Source of the DNA: Atractiella rhizophila
Lineage: Eukaryota
Length of the DNA: 64,000 nucleotides
NCBI GenBank assembly: GCA_021432655.1
Contig: MU271198.1
Coordinates: forward strand, 1-64,000
Direction of reading: 5' to 3'
Shown here: one piece after another, positions 1-12,215 of the stretch
Layout of the letters: each line of letters begins with the position of its first letter
Numbering within the stretch: the first letter of the stretch is position 1
Notes under the pieces: generated by a model
Told to the model about the DNA's origin: nothing
Seen by the model: only the letters and a program-made list of their open reading frames with translations
Databases searched by the model: none
Made by a program: the position numbers and the translations under genes

Positions 1-2475
1 GAGGATATGCTCATATCGTATGGTGCGGCGATCCCCTTCGTTCGCCTCCCGAAAGGTGCTGATGCATGCTGCGTTTGCAGGTCCTTGCCAATTCCCCTGC
101 TTAGGATTCGTAGTAGATCGCTACGAACAAATCCTCGCATTCGTCCCTGAGAACTTCTGGTACATTCACGTCGCAGTGGAGAAAGACGGCTGTGATGTCA
201 CTTTTAACTGGAAGAGGGTGCGGTTATTTGATCGAGAGGTGGTGAAGACGATATTGGAATTGATGGAGGAAGATTTAGAGGCTGAAGTTTTGGAAGTCAA
301 GGATAAACCTACGAAAAAATGGTTTGCACTATTGCCTTCTCCCTCTCCGTAGAGGCTGAGAAACGCTTAGGAAGCCACTACCACTCACAACTGTCGAACT
401 TCAGAAAGCTGGGTCACGTCTTCTTCATCTCGCACCAAAACGAGTTCTTGACGTTTGTCTCTTTCCTCCATTGACTTTATCTTGCATAAATGTGACTGTT
501 TCTGTGGCGGTAGATTGCAGAATCTCTCTACCAAAAAGGGTATGTCTCCTATCCCCGTACAGAGACGGATCAATTCGACCCCCAATTCAATTTCATGGAA
601 CTGATCGAGAAGCAAACCGTCGATGAAGCATGGGGACAATTTGCCACAATGCTCAAAGATGGCGGATACGAGACACCGAAAAACGGTTCGAAAAACGATA
701 AAGCCCATCCTCCTATTCACCCTACCTCTCACGTCAGCAATTTAACGGGCGACGATAAGAAAGTATATGAGTTCATCACGCGCCGCTATCTAGCATGTTG
801 TTCGAAGAACGCTTTGGGAAACGAGACTGTGGTCGAGATTTCGATTGGCGAAGAGCAGTTCTCAGCAAAAGGTCTGCCTTCCACTGTGGAAACGTCGGAA
901 TCTACGAGCTGACGGTTGCAAAAGGTCTCATTGTGTTGGAGAGAAATTACTTGGATGTCTACCCGTACGACAAGTGGGAAGGCAACCATATTCCCGACTT
1001 TACGAAAGGCGAGAAATTCATCCCCGATGTTTGCGAGATGAAACATGGACGTACGACAAAACCCAGCCTACTGACTGAAGCAGACCTTGTCAGCCTCATG
1101 GACAAGAATGGCATTGGTCTTTACTTCCTTATATCCGTTACAAAGATACTAATCAATGAAGGTAGGGACCGATGCAACGATCGGAGAACACATTGCAAAA
1201 ATCATTGAACGGCTATATGTCATGAAACACAAGGAAGGAAGAATCGAATATCTTTCTCCTTCGACATTGGGCATTGGTCTCGTTCGCGGCTACAACCAAG
1301 TTGGCCTTGAGAAATCACTTTCAAAACCGCAACTACGTCGAGAGGTGCGTAATGCATCTTCTCTCTCCATTCCACTGAAATTCCACCAACTCTGTGGCTG
1401 CCAAATAGACAGAACTTCGCATGGTGCAAGTTTGCGAAGGAACGAAGTCGAAAGCGGAGATGATAGCGGAGAGTTTGGAAGAGTACAAGGACGTGTTCAT
1501 GCGAGCTAAAAGGAGCTTCAACGTCATTGCCAACGAGGTTCTGAAATATTTGGAAGGGAGGGGAGATGGACAGCCTGGGGCAGCGGCTCCTGACGGGGAT
1601 GGAGGAGGTGGTGGAAGACGAGGTGGAGGTGGCGGAGGCGGGGGAGGAAGAGGTGGAGGTGGTGGAGGAAGGAGAAGAGACGATGGTGACGACGACGAGG
1701 GTGGAGGTGGAGGTGGTGCTGGTGGACGGAGAGGCGGTGGAACAGGTACAAGAGGTAAAGCCAAATCGAGATCTGCACCTAAGGTTCCTCCGTCGCAGAC
1801 ACCGGGCTCGTCTTTCCTTTCTTCTTCATCCATTAAACCACTTACAGTTCCTGTAGAACGCTCAAGCGTTACCGCGAGGGCTTCTACCTCCAATACAGAT
1901 GCAGATGCTCCTCCATGTCAATGCGGAATTGCCTCCGTCGAGCGAACCGTCGTTAAAGAAGGACCCAACAAAGGGCGTGTCTTCTTCCGCTGTGCCAACG
2001 GGGAGTCTGGTTGCAAGTTTTTTCATTGGGCTGATGGCGTGGGAAACAACACGAAACGACCGAGCGATTCACAGGAGGAAGGACGAAGTAAACGCGCACG
2101 CACTGACGCTGGAGGTGATGCAGGGACAGTGAGGTGTCAATGTGGTTTAGAGGCTGTTCTGCTTACTGTTGCGAAAGAAGGTATGTTCACTTTGCCGCAA
2201 TCTTCAAACCGTTGACAAATATTACCATAGGTCCGAACATGGGACGGCAGTTCTACAAATGCTCCAAACTCTCAGATGCCGCCAAGTGCTCATTTTTCCA
2301 ATGGACGGATGAACCGGCGCGGACACCAACGAAGGTAAATCAGACGGGGGCGTGCTTCAATTGCGGAAAGGAAGGACATTGGACTGTGGCCTGTCCAAAA
2401 CCGAAAAAAGGGTACACGAGGGGTGGATATAGAGGACGTGGGAAGGTCGCGTCTGGGAGGTGGCGCGATCAATAG
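1..2475 (+). CDS. TOP3: DNA topoisomerase III (alpha-type), multi-exon, 5' end outside the window
   Basis: Type IA topoisomerase motifs GPCQFPCLGFVV, catalytic-Tyr motif GYVSYPRTET (~538-567), AHPPIHP and GIGTDATI; C-terminal Gly-rich linker, two GRF zinc fingers (CQCG...GPNKGRVFFRC...CKFFHW) and a CCHC knuckle (CFNCGKEGHWTVAC); GT-AG introns link the ORF pieces. Confidence 0.95.
1590..1750 (+). repeat. GGN-rich coding low-complexity tract (Gly-rich linker of TOP3); copy at about 5275-5435
   Basis: GGA/GGT/GGC runs encoding GGGGGRRGGGGGGGGGRGGGGGG. Confidence 0.85.
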
Positions 2476-2809
2476 TGGACAGGAACACAAGCCTGGAGGA
2501 GAAATCGTTGCGGTGTGAGTTGCTTCATAAACATTCGAACTTCTATGTGCGCGTGAGCACTGCTCGTCTTCTGTCTCGTTTTGCATATGTTGTCATCGTG
2601 TCATATATCATATTAGAGTTGTGGTATTTCTACAATTTCCATCCAGAGTTCATATCCTGTAACGTTAACAAATCTTGACAGACATACTCCCACTCATAAG
2701 TAGAAACAAAGCCAAAGTCTAGGTATCTAAAAAGCAACTCGAAGATATAACCCGACGCGGTCGAAACGAAACTGAGCGTGGGGACCTAATTATTGTATGA
2801 GTGGAAGGA

Positions 2810-3825
2810 TCAAAACCCCCAGCTCTCCTCCGCCACCTCCCTCTGCTCGCTCGTCAGCACGACCTGGTTTCCGCCGATTGTCCAAGTTCTTTCGAACTGC
2901 CTCCTCTTCCCTTCCTGCCCATAAGCAGCCACGGCCTTCCTCCCGCCTTCCCAGAGAACACACATAAGTTGAATCCCCAATATCGCAAGCGCGAAGAAAC
3001 GGCGACGCAGCTGGAAGGTCTTCTCTAGGTGAACTGCGTAAGAGATGAGGAGGGCGAGGATTGTGGGGAGGGGGGAGCGACGCAGGTGGATCGCGAGCGT
3101 TATCAAAACTGTGACACGCCAAAGTTAGCTTAATGTTTTCTCTGATCTGACAACGGAGAGTGACGCACATCCTTCTATTGATTCTTGCCATGTCTGGGAT
3201 GTATCTGTGTAGGAATCATCTGGATCGACTGACGAGGACGACGCCTCCCTTGCCGCTTTGAGGGCTTTGGGTCGTGCTTGTGCTTGATTGGGGGGATCAT
3301 TGTTCAATTTAGCGAGCAAGAGGAACAGCTTCGATTGGAACGCGTGTTTCCGTCTATTCGACATATTTCCCTCTTGCACGTTAGGGAAGGCAGAGATCAA
3401 GTAATCGAGGGAGGTAAGATAACAGTCCACTGATTCCACATTCGATTCAGTCTCTCATTCATGAAAGCGGAAACGTCAGACGAACGAGAATATTCGAGGT
3501 CCTCTTCCTGGCTTGCGACCGCTTCCTGCGCCATATAAACGGCCTGATTGACTCTGTTGACGCTCAGTCCCCTCTGGTGCTTGTTGGCTGCAACCGACAT
3601 CACTGTCGAAGCTTCGGCAAACGTGCTCGCTGTTGGCGACGGGAGAGCGAGGGATTTCGTTCCCCTGGCGTGCGTGCGCCACGGCTCGGAAGAGAACCTT
3701 TTGTTTCTCTTTGGAGTTGGGATATCTGGATTTGGTGCAGTTGGGGAAGGGGGACGAGAGAAAGGAAGGAGGTTGAGTGGATTTGGGAGCGTGGGCATCT
3801 GCATGGTTGGGAATTGGAGAGACAT
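2810..3825 (-). CDS. Uncharacterised 3-exon protein with a possible MIT-like helical domain and hydrophobic C-terminal part
   Basis: ORFs 3397-3825, 3125-3439 and 2810-3106 can be joined in frame by two GT-AG introns, giving ...VNQAVYMAQEAVASQEEDLEYSLDCYLTSLDYLISAFP...; MIT similarity is by eye only. Confidence 0.55.
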
Positions 3826-4430
3826 TTCGACTCAGGAACCGTTTTGAGGAAGGAATGAAGTATTGCCACTTTGTGGTTGAAAACCTGGCACAGTTTGTTG
3901 GGGCGTTTGAAAATGATATAACGCAATGCGCGGCGTTTTGACATGTGAATTACTGTAGGTACAGTCATTCAGTTCTGATAAGGACTATCTGTTGCTAAAA
4001 CTCAACAACTCTGTGGCTGAGCCGGCTGAGGCCCTCGCAACTGCCTCCAGCTTGATTGCAAAGGAGGGTCACTCTGTGAAATAGATTGAAAAGCTCACTT
4101 CTAAAGGTCGAATGTTCAGGACGACAAATCTGGTTCTGCTAGGCAGACTGTCGGGCTGCCATACCTCTCCTCCCAAATCATGTATGCCAACAGGAACGTT
4201 GCCACTGAACGTGCTTTCGGATCTCATAGGAACAGGCCGGAGAATTGGAGTATTAATGTGCTCAAAGTAAAGCTTGTTAGGTGAGCCGAAATTATGGTCC
4301 GCAGCCATGCTGATCAAGCTGAAGCTAAAAGGTAAACTCTATCTTTTGGTGCGAATTGGAAATCACGACCAGCTATTTCAATTTATTCCAGGCCATTGGC
4401 AGTTTCTCAAGGACCACCAACACCACAAGC

Positions 4431-4605
4431 ATGGACAAAAGTTCACCTCCGCCTTACCCATCTCCGGTAGTGGATAAGCCTAGACGGCGGCTTTCACCGC
4501 TTCTGCTGACCCTCGTCGTCTCTGCTCTCCTCCTCTCGCCAGGATACACTTTCGTTTCGACTCTGCGCTCCAACTCAGGCTCACTGCTCGCCAGCCAAAA
4601 CGTCG
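4431..4605 (+). pseudogene. Truncated 5' copy of the amidohydrolase gene, fused out of frame to TOP3 sequence at junction A
   Basis: Matches 8116-8290; the reading frame runs into TOP3 sequence in a different frame and stops at 4763. Confidence 0.85.
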
Positions 4606-6160
4606 AAAGGTCTCATTGTGTTGGAGAGAAATTACTTGGATGTCTACCCGTACGACAAGTGGGAAGGCAACCATATTCCCGACTTTACGAAAGGCGAGAA
4701 ATTCATCCCCGATGTTTGCGAGATGAAACATGGACGTACGACAAAACCCAGCCTACTGACTGAAGCAGACCTTGTCAGCCTCATGGACAAGAATGGCATT
4801 GGTCTTTACTTCCTTATATCCGTTACAAAGATACTAATCAATGAAGGTAGGGACCGATGCAACGATCGGAGAACACATTGCAAAAATCATTGAACGGCTA
4901 TATGTCATGAAACACAAGGAAGGAAGAATCGAATATCTTTCTCCTTCGACATTGGGCATTGGTCTCGTTCGCGGCTACAACCAAGTTGGCCTTGAGAAAT
5001 CACTTTCAAAACCGCAACTACGTCGAGAGGTGCGTAATGCATCTTCTCTCTCCATTCCACTGAAATTCCACCAACTCTGTGGCTGCCAAATAGACAGAAC
5101 TTCGCATGGTGCAAGTTTGCGAAGGAACGAAGTCGAAAGCGGAGATGATAGCGGAGAGTTTGGAAGAGTACAAGGACGTGTTCATGCGAGCTAAAAGGAG
5201 CTTCAACGTCATTGCCAACGAGGTTCTGAAATATTTGGAAGGGAGGGGAGATGGACAGCCTGGGGCAGCGGCTCCTGACGGGGATGGAGGAGGTGGTGGA
5301 AGACGAGGTGGAGGTGGCGGAGGCGGGGGAGGAAGAGGTGGAGGTGGTGGAGGAAGGAGAAGAGACGATGGTGACGACGACGAGGGTGGAGGTGGAGGTG
5401 GTGCTGGTGGACGGAGAGGCGGTGGAACAGGTACAAGAGGTAAAGCCAAATCGAGATCTGCACCTAAGGTTCCTCCGTCGCAGACACCGGGCTCGTCTTT
5501 CCTTTCTTCTTCATCCATTAAACCACTTACAGTTCCTGTAGAACGCTCAAGCGTTACCGCGAGGGCTTCTACCTCCAATACAGATGCAGATGCTCCTCCA
5601 TGTCAATGCGGAATTGCCTCCGTCGAGCGAACCGTCGTTAAAGAAGGACCCAACAAAGGGCGTGTCTTCTTCCGCTGTGCCAACGGGGAGTCTGGTTGCA
5701 AGTTTTTTCATTGGGCTGATGGCGTGGGAAACAACACGAAACGACCGAGCGATTCACAGGAGGAAGGACGAAGTAAACGCGCACGCACTGACGCTGGAGG
5801 TGATGCAGGGACAGTGAGGTGTCAATGTGGTTTAGAGGCTGTTCTGCTTACTGTTGCGAAAGAAGGTATGTTCACTTTGCCGCAATCTTCAAACCGTTGA
5901 CAAATATTACCATAGGTCCGAACATGGGACGGCAGTTCTACAAATGCTCCAAACTCTCAGATGCCGCCAAGTGCTCATTTTTCCAATGGACGGATGAACC
6001 GGCGCGGACACCAACGAAGGTAAATCAGACGGGGGCGTGCTTCAATTGCGGAAAGGAAGGACATTGGACTGTGGCCTGTCCAAAACCGAAAAAAGGGTAC
6101 ACGAGGGGTGGATATAGAGGACGTGGGAAGGTCGCGTCTGGGAGGTGGCGCGATCAATAG
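4606..6160 (+). pseudogene. TOP3: 5'-truncated duplicate of the TOP3 3' half
   Basis: Matches 921-2475; lacks the catalytic-Tyr region. Confidence 0.9.
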
Positions 6161-6494
6161 TGGACAGGAACACAAGCCTGGAGGAGAAATCGTTGCGGTG
6201 TGAGTTGCTTCATAAACATTCGAACTTCTATGTGCGCGTGAGCACTGCTCGTCTTCTGTCTCGTTTTGCATATGTTGTCATCGTGTCATATATCATATTA
6301 GAGTTGTGGTATTTCTACAATTTCCATCCAGAGTTCATATCCTGTAACGTTAACAAATCTTGACAGACATACTCCCACTCATAAGTAGAAACAAAGCCAA
6401 AGTCTAGGTATCTAAAAAGCAACTCGAAGATATAACCCGACGCGGTCGAAACGAAACTGAGCGTGGGGACCTAATTATTGTATGAGTGGAAGGA

Positions 6495-7510
6495 TCAAAA
6501 CCCCCAGCTCTCCTCCGCCACCTCCCTCTGCTCGCTCGTCAGCACGACCTGGTTTCCGCCGATTGTCCAAGTTCTTTCGAACTGCCTCCTCTTCCCTTCC
6601 TGCCCATAAGCAGCCACGGCCTTCCTCCCGCCTTCCCAGAGAACACACATAAGTTGAATCCCCAATATCGCAAGCGCGAAGAAACGGCGACGCAGCTGGA
6701 AGGTCTTCTCTAGGTGAACTGCGTAAGAGATGAGGAGGGCGAGGATTGTGGGGAGGGGGGAGCGACGCAGGTGGATCGCGAGCGTTATCAAAACTGTGAC
6801 ACGCCAAAGTTAGCTTAATGTTTTCTCTGATCTGACAACGGAGAGTGACGCACATCCTTCTATTGATTCTTGCCATGTCTGGGATGTATCTGTGTAGGAA
6901 TCATCTGGATCGACTGACGAGGACGACGCCTCCCTTGCCGCTTTGAGGGCTTTGGGTCGTGCTTGTGCTTGATTGGGGGGATCATTGTTCAATTTAGCGA
7001 GCAAGAGGAACAGCTTCGATTGGAACGCGTGTTTCCGTCTATTCGACATATTTCCCTCTTGCACGTTAGGGAAGGCAGAGATCAAGTAATCGAGGGAGGT
7101 AAGATAACAGTCCACTGATTCCACATTCGATTCAGTCTCTCATTCATGAAAGCGGAAACGTCAGACGAACGAGAATATTCGAGGTCCTCTTCCTGGCTTG
7201 CGACCGCTTCCTGCGCCATATAAACGGCCTGATTGACTCTGTTGACGCTCAGTCCCCTCTGGTGCTTGTTGGCTGCAACCGACATCACTGTCGAAGCTTC
7301 GGCAAACGTGCTCGCTGTTGGCGACGGGAGAGCGAGGGATTTCGTTCCCCTGGCGTGCGTGCGCCATGGCTCGGAAGAGAACCTTTTGTTTCTCTTTGGA
7401 GTTGGGATATCTGGATTTGGTGCAGTTGGGGAAGGGGGACGAGAGAAAGGAAGGAGGTTGAGTGGATTTGGGAGCGTGGGCATCTGCATGGTTGGGAATT
7501 GGAGAGACAT
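6495..7510 (-). CDS. Complete second copy of the uncharacterised MIT-like gene
   Basis: Same translations as 2810-3825 at offset 3685; the one difference seen is synonymous (CCG/CCA). Confidence 0.55.
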
Positions 7511-8115
7511 TTCGACTCAGGAACCGTTTTGAGGAAGGAATGAAGTATTGCCACTTTGTGGTTGAAAACCTGGCACAGTTTGTTGGGGCGTTTGAAAATG
7601 ATATAACGCAATGCGCGGCGTTTTGACATGTGAATTACTGTAGGTACAGTCATTCAGTTCTGATAAGGACTATCTGTTGCTAAAACTCAACAACTCTGTG
7701 GCTGAGCCGGCTGAGGCCCTCGCAACTGCCTCCAGCTTGATTGCAAAGGAGGGTCACTCTGTGAAATAGATTGAAAAGCTCACTTCTAAAGGTCGAATGT
7801 TCAGGACGACAAATCTGGTTCTGCTAGGCAGACTGTCGGGCTGCCATACCTCTCCTCCCAAATCATGTATGCCAACAGGAACGTTGCCACTGAACGTGCT
7901 TTCGGATCTCATAGGAACAGGCCGGAGAATTGGAGTATTAATGTGCTCAAAGTAAAGCTTGTTAGGTGAGCCGAAATTATGGTCCGCAGCCATGCTGATC
8001 AAGCTGAAGCTAAAAGGTAAACTCTATCTTTTGGTGCGAATTGGAAATCACGACCAGCTATTTCAATTTATTCCAGGCCATTGGCAGTTTCTCAAGGACC
8101 ACCAACACCACAAGC

Positions 8116-11100
8116 ATGGACAAAAGTTCACCTCCGCCTTACCCATCTCCGGTAGTGGATAAGCCTAGACGGCGGCTTTCACCGCTTCTGCTGACCCTCG
8201 TCGTCTCTGCTCTCCTCCTCTCGCCAGGATACACTTTCGTTTCGACTCTGCGCTCCAACTCAGGCTCACTGCTCGCCAGCCAAAACGTCGCCCATCCGGA
8301 CATTCTCGCCAAATGCGCATCCACCAAGGTCGTCCCTGGCGCGCCAGAGGGATGGGCGGACAAGAGGCATGAGAGCGATAGATTTGTGGAGGGAACTGAG
8401 GATGTTGTTATCCATAATGCGAGGTTGTGGACTGGAGTGCACTCAGAGGATAAGAAGAAGTGGGAATCCGTAAGTACTTCTTGGTGGTGGAAATGGAATG
8501 TTGAATGGTGCTTGTGCCGTTGTTCATGTGCAGACGGAGAATGGGTTTGTGAGATTGAGCAAGGGTATCATCACCGAAGTAGGACGCGGAAAGCCTTCTT
8601 TTAAGAAGAATGAGAGGGTGATAGACGCGGATGGAGCGTGGGTTACCCCCAGCTTGTTCGGTTGGTCACCTTCTGCTCCTTCCTCGTGGCTTCCGCTCAA
8701 AGATCGGTGTAGACCTACATTCTCATTTGGGAGTCGATGCTGCCCCCGCTCTCGATGGTGCAGGTTCGTGCCCGATTATTCGCTGCAACTAATGAACATG
8801 CGCTGAAAACGGGGATCACAGCCGACACCAACTCTGTCCAGGCTCCAATCATGCCTTACCTCAGGAGTTTGGATGGCTTCAATACTCATGATATGGCTTT
8901 CAAGCGTACCGTTGCTGGCGGAGTTGTACGTCTCTTTCTCCCCGTCTCCTTCTTTGACTTACCAACACTTCGCTGCACGTAGACATCATCCCTCGTCCTC
9001 CCAGGGTACGTTTATCTGCTCTCTCCAAACGAGCGAACGAATGAGAATTGTGCGCGAACAGCTCAGCGAATAACATCGGCGGCCAAGCCTTTGTTTTCAA
9101 GCTGCGCCCAACGACGGCGAACACCCCGACGTCGATGGCGCTCGAGCTCCCGCCCAACATTCCCAACGCGACCACGACCGATTTCCTCCCATGGAGGTAT
9201 ATGAAGTTTGCGTGCGGGGAGAACATCCGGAACGTGTATGGTTTGACGAGGATGGATTTGGCATGGAATTTCGTGCGTTCATTCGACATGAGCGTGTGTG
9301 GGACTGGACCTGATGGCGAGGTGTTTTGTAGAGACAAGCGTTTCGAGAAAGGGAGACAGATTAAGGAGAAACAAGACGAATTTTGCGAGAAGGCGGAACT
9401 GGGATTGTTGAAGGAGGGTGAAAAGTTTCCAGAGGATTTGCAGTGGGAAGCTGTTGTATGTCCCTTCTTTCCCTTTCGTAAGCACGGAAACTGATTCTTG
9501 TAATGCGTATGAAAGGTCGACATCCTCCGTGGACGCATCAAGGTGTACGTATTCACCTGGCAGCATACGTCTAATCTAGAGTTTTGAATTGCTTACAGCA
9601 ACAACCACTGCTACGAGGTCTGTTCTCTGCTCATTTTAATACCTCTCCTGATAAACTATAGACCACCGATTTCGATCAAATGGTCCGAATCACAAACGAA
9701 TTCGGTTTTCCCATCGCCGCCTTCCACCACGCCCACGAGGCTTACTTAGTCCCCGACCGTCTGAAGGAGACGTATGGAGGGACACCCGCCATCGCCATCT
9801 TTGCGACGAATTCAAGGTACAAGCGGGAGGCGTATAGGGGTAGCTGGTTTGCACCAAAGATCCTCGCGGACGCTGGCATTCCAGTTGTGATGAAGTCCGA
9901 TCATCCTGTCTTGGATTCCAGGTTCGTTCTGTTGTTTTCTCGCAGACTCTGACATTGAGTCAAAATGGGTGTAGGTGGCTACTCTTCGAAGCTCAGCAGG
10001 TAGGTTTGGCACCTTGTGGGTGTATGTTCACACTGATCGTGGGATAGGCACACCATTTTGGTCTCGACGAGGATCTTGCTCTCGCTTCCGTTATCACCAC
10101 CTCGAGCGAAGCTGCGGGATTGGGACACCGTCTCGGAAAGCTTGCGAAGGGCTACGATGCTGGTAGGCTGCGTTTTTCTGTCACATTCCTACTGTGCTAA
10201 AGGATTATAGATGTGGTGATGTGGGACAGTCATCCACTGTCACTTGGAGCTACTCCGACTCAAGTGTACATCGACGGTATCCCACAACTCGAGAATCCTT
10301 ACCCCGCCAGGTCTTTCCAAGGAAGCGCGACCGCCCCTCCCTCGGGTTCCTATCCTGAATCATTCGACGCTCACGTCGAGACCGTCTCAGAGCCTCTTCA
10401 AAATGTGGCCTTTACCAATGTCAACGAAATCTACTACCGCGAAAGCGGCGAACTCAAATCCTTTACTGAGTCTGCTCAGAGACTTGATGGTCCGTTGAAC
10501 GTTGTCATCCGGGATGGAACGGTGCAGAGCGTTGGGTCCCAGCTGAACGTGAAAGAAGTTGAAGGACTTCGCATTGTTGACCTTAAAGGGGGTGTCTTGA
10601 TGCCTCCAATCACGGCTTATGGACCAGGTTTGGGTTTGGTTGAGATTGCACAGGAGTCTGTAAGCCTACTACTCCTCTTCGCTTGGTTGTAGGAGTTGAA
10701 CAGATGTATCTAGTCGACGCAAGATGGCAGCGTCTACGATAAGTAGGTGCTAGCAGGTCTATCATCAGGTTACTCACGGTTGGTAAATAGGCTGAAAGCA
10801 TCGACTCAGGCTTCTGAACTTAAGGAGCTGTTTGGAGACCAAATTCCGGTAAGAGCTGTAGACGGACTTTCGTTTGGAGGTACGCATTACACAGCTCTCA
10901 CCACCTTAGCAATATTGACGACCGCAAAGGCAAACAGCTTCACTACACTTATAAGGTCTCGCAGCTTCGTTCCTTTGATGGCACCTTAGCTGAGTGTCGT
11001 AACAGGCTGGCGTTTCAAGGGCCCTCACAGCTCCTCAGGGCAGCGGCTTTTTCCACGGTCTCTCTGTTCTGTTTAAGACGAACGCCAAGCACGGTACGTC

Positions 11101-12028
11101 AACAGATTTTCGAAGACAAACCTGACGATTTCGTGATAGCGTTGGAGAGGGGCGCCATCATCAAGGAGATCGCAGCCCTTCACGTCAATATTGGACATGG
11201 CTGGGGATCTGGACCTAGCATTTCAACACAAATCGGGACGCTGCGAGAACTCCTCATCGGCGGTAAATGGGGATTCTCCAGCTCATCCCATCATACCAAC
11301 TATTTCCATCTGGCTGCTAATGGCCAGCTCCCCCTCGTTATCTCTGTGGAGAAGGCAGATATGATGGCTTCATTGATCGCTCTTAAGAGGGAGGTTGAGG
11401 AAGAGACGGGCAAAAAAGGGAGGTGGATATTTAGTGGCGCTTCCGAAGCTGATCTGGTTGCTGTGAGGTGCTTTCCCATCTCCCTGTGACAGAGCTCATC
11501 ATTGTCCTCAGCAATATCTGGCGGAAGAGGGCATTAGTGTTTTCCTACCACGTGCCAGAACGTTCCCCGGTATGTGATCGAATGAGCTGAGCTTAGGAGC
11601 CACCATGCTAATCTATCCATAGGCGAATGGGATACCCGCCGTACCATCGACGGTCCTCCTCTCTCACCAGTCTCGCTCCCGGTTTATCTCACCACCCACA
11701 ATGTCTCCGTCGCTCTAGGAGTAGTCGAAGAGTCGCAACCAGTCACCTTACTGTGGGAAGCAGCAATTGCTCAACGCACTTCCAAAGGACGCGTGTCTAA
11801 AACGACGGGTTTGGGCTGGATCGCTGGAGGTATCGAGTCGATTCTCGGAATAGAGACAAACGATTTCAAGGTTGGAACGAAAAGTGATTTTGTGGCATAC
11901 GAAGTGAGTTCTTTTTTCACCATGATAGCACTTCCCTAATGCGCTACATGGGACAGGGAGACCCTTTCGAGTTTGGTTCCAGGGCTGTTGCACAGGGCGA
12001 CTCTCAAAAAGGCATCACTTTATTGTGA
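8116..12028 (+). CDS. Metal-dependent amidohydrolase-superfamily protein with N-terminal membrane anchor and a second, degenerate amidohydrolase-like half; many small exons
   Basis: Hydrophobic LLLTLVVSALLL; motifs DLHSHLGVD, MKFACGEN, HCYE, FHHAHEAY, MKSDHPV, DVVMWDSHPLSLGATP, VDLKGG; ends GDPFEFGSR...LL*. Confidence 0.85.
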
Positions 12029-12215
12029 CTGTAAACAATCACCATATTTAAAACTGTGGGGACAATATCAAAGATGCTTACTGTTTGGTCCACTCACAGC
12101 TGAAGTGTCGTGAAAGAGATCAATACATTGTTACATTGCTACGGCAAGCAAGCAGTATATGCGAAGTCCAACCGAGAGAAAAGCGAAGTACAGCCAACAA
12201 ATGCAATGGGAGATA

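Larger units (their letters stand above)
921..8290. repeat. Tandem duplication A, period 3685 bp (921-4605 and 4606-8290)
   Basis: Near-identical ORF sets at offset 3685 (1421 vs 5106, 3397 vs 7082); junction cgtcg|aaagg at 4605/4606; one difference seen, C3682/T7367. Confidence 0.98.

Noticed and set aside
1333..1893. Poly-Pro minus-strand ORF and similar antisense ORFs across the window
   Set aside because: Shadow frames of low-complexity coding sequence on the opposite strand
2134..2475. CCHC zinc knuckle as a retrotransposon gag remnant
   Set aside because: It is in frame with the TOP3 GRF fingers, a known Top3-alpha C-terminal architecture
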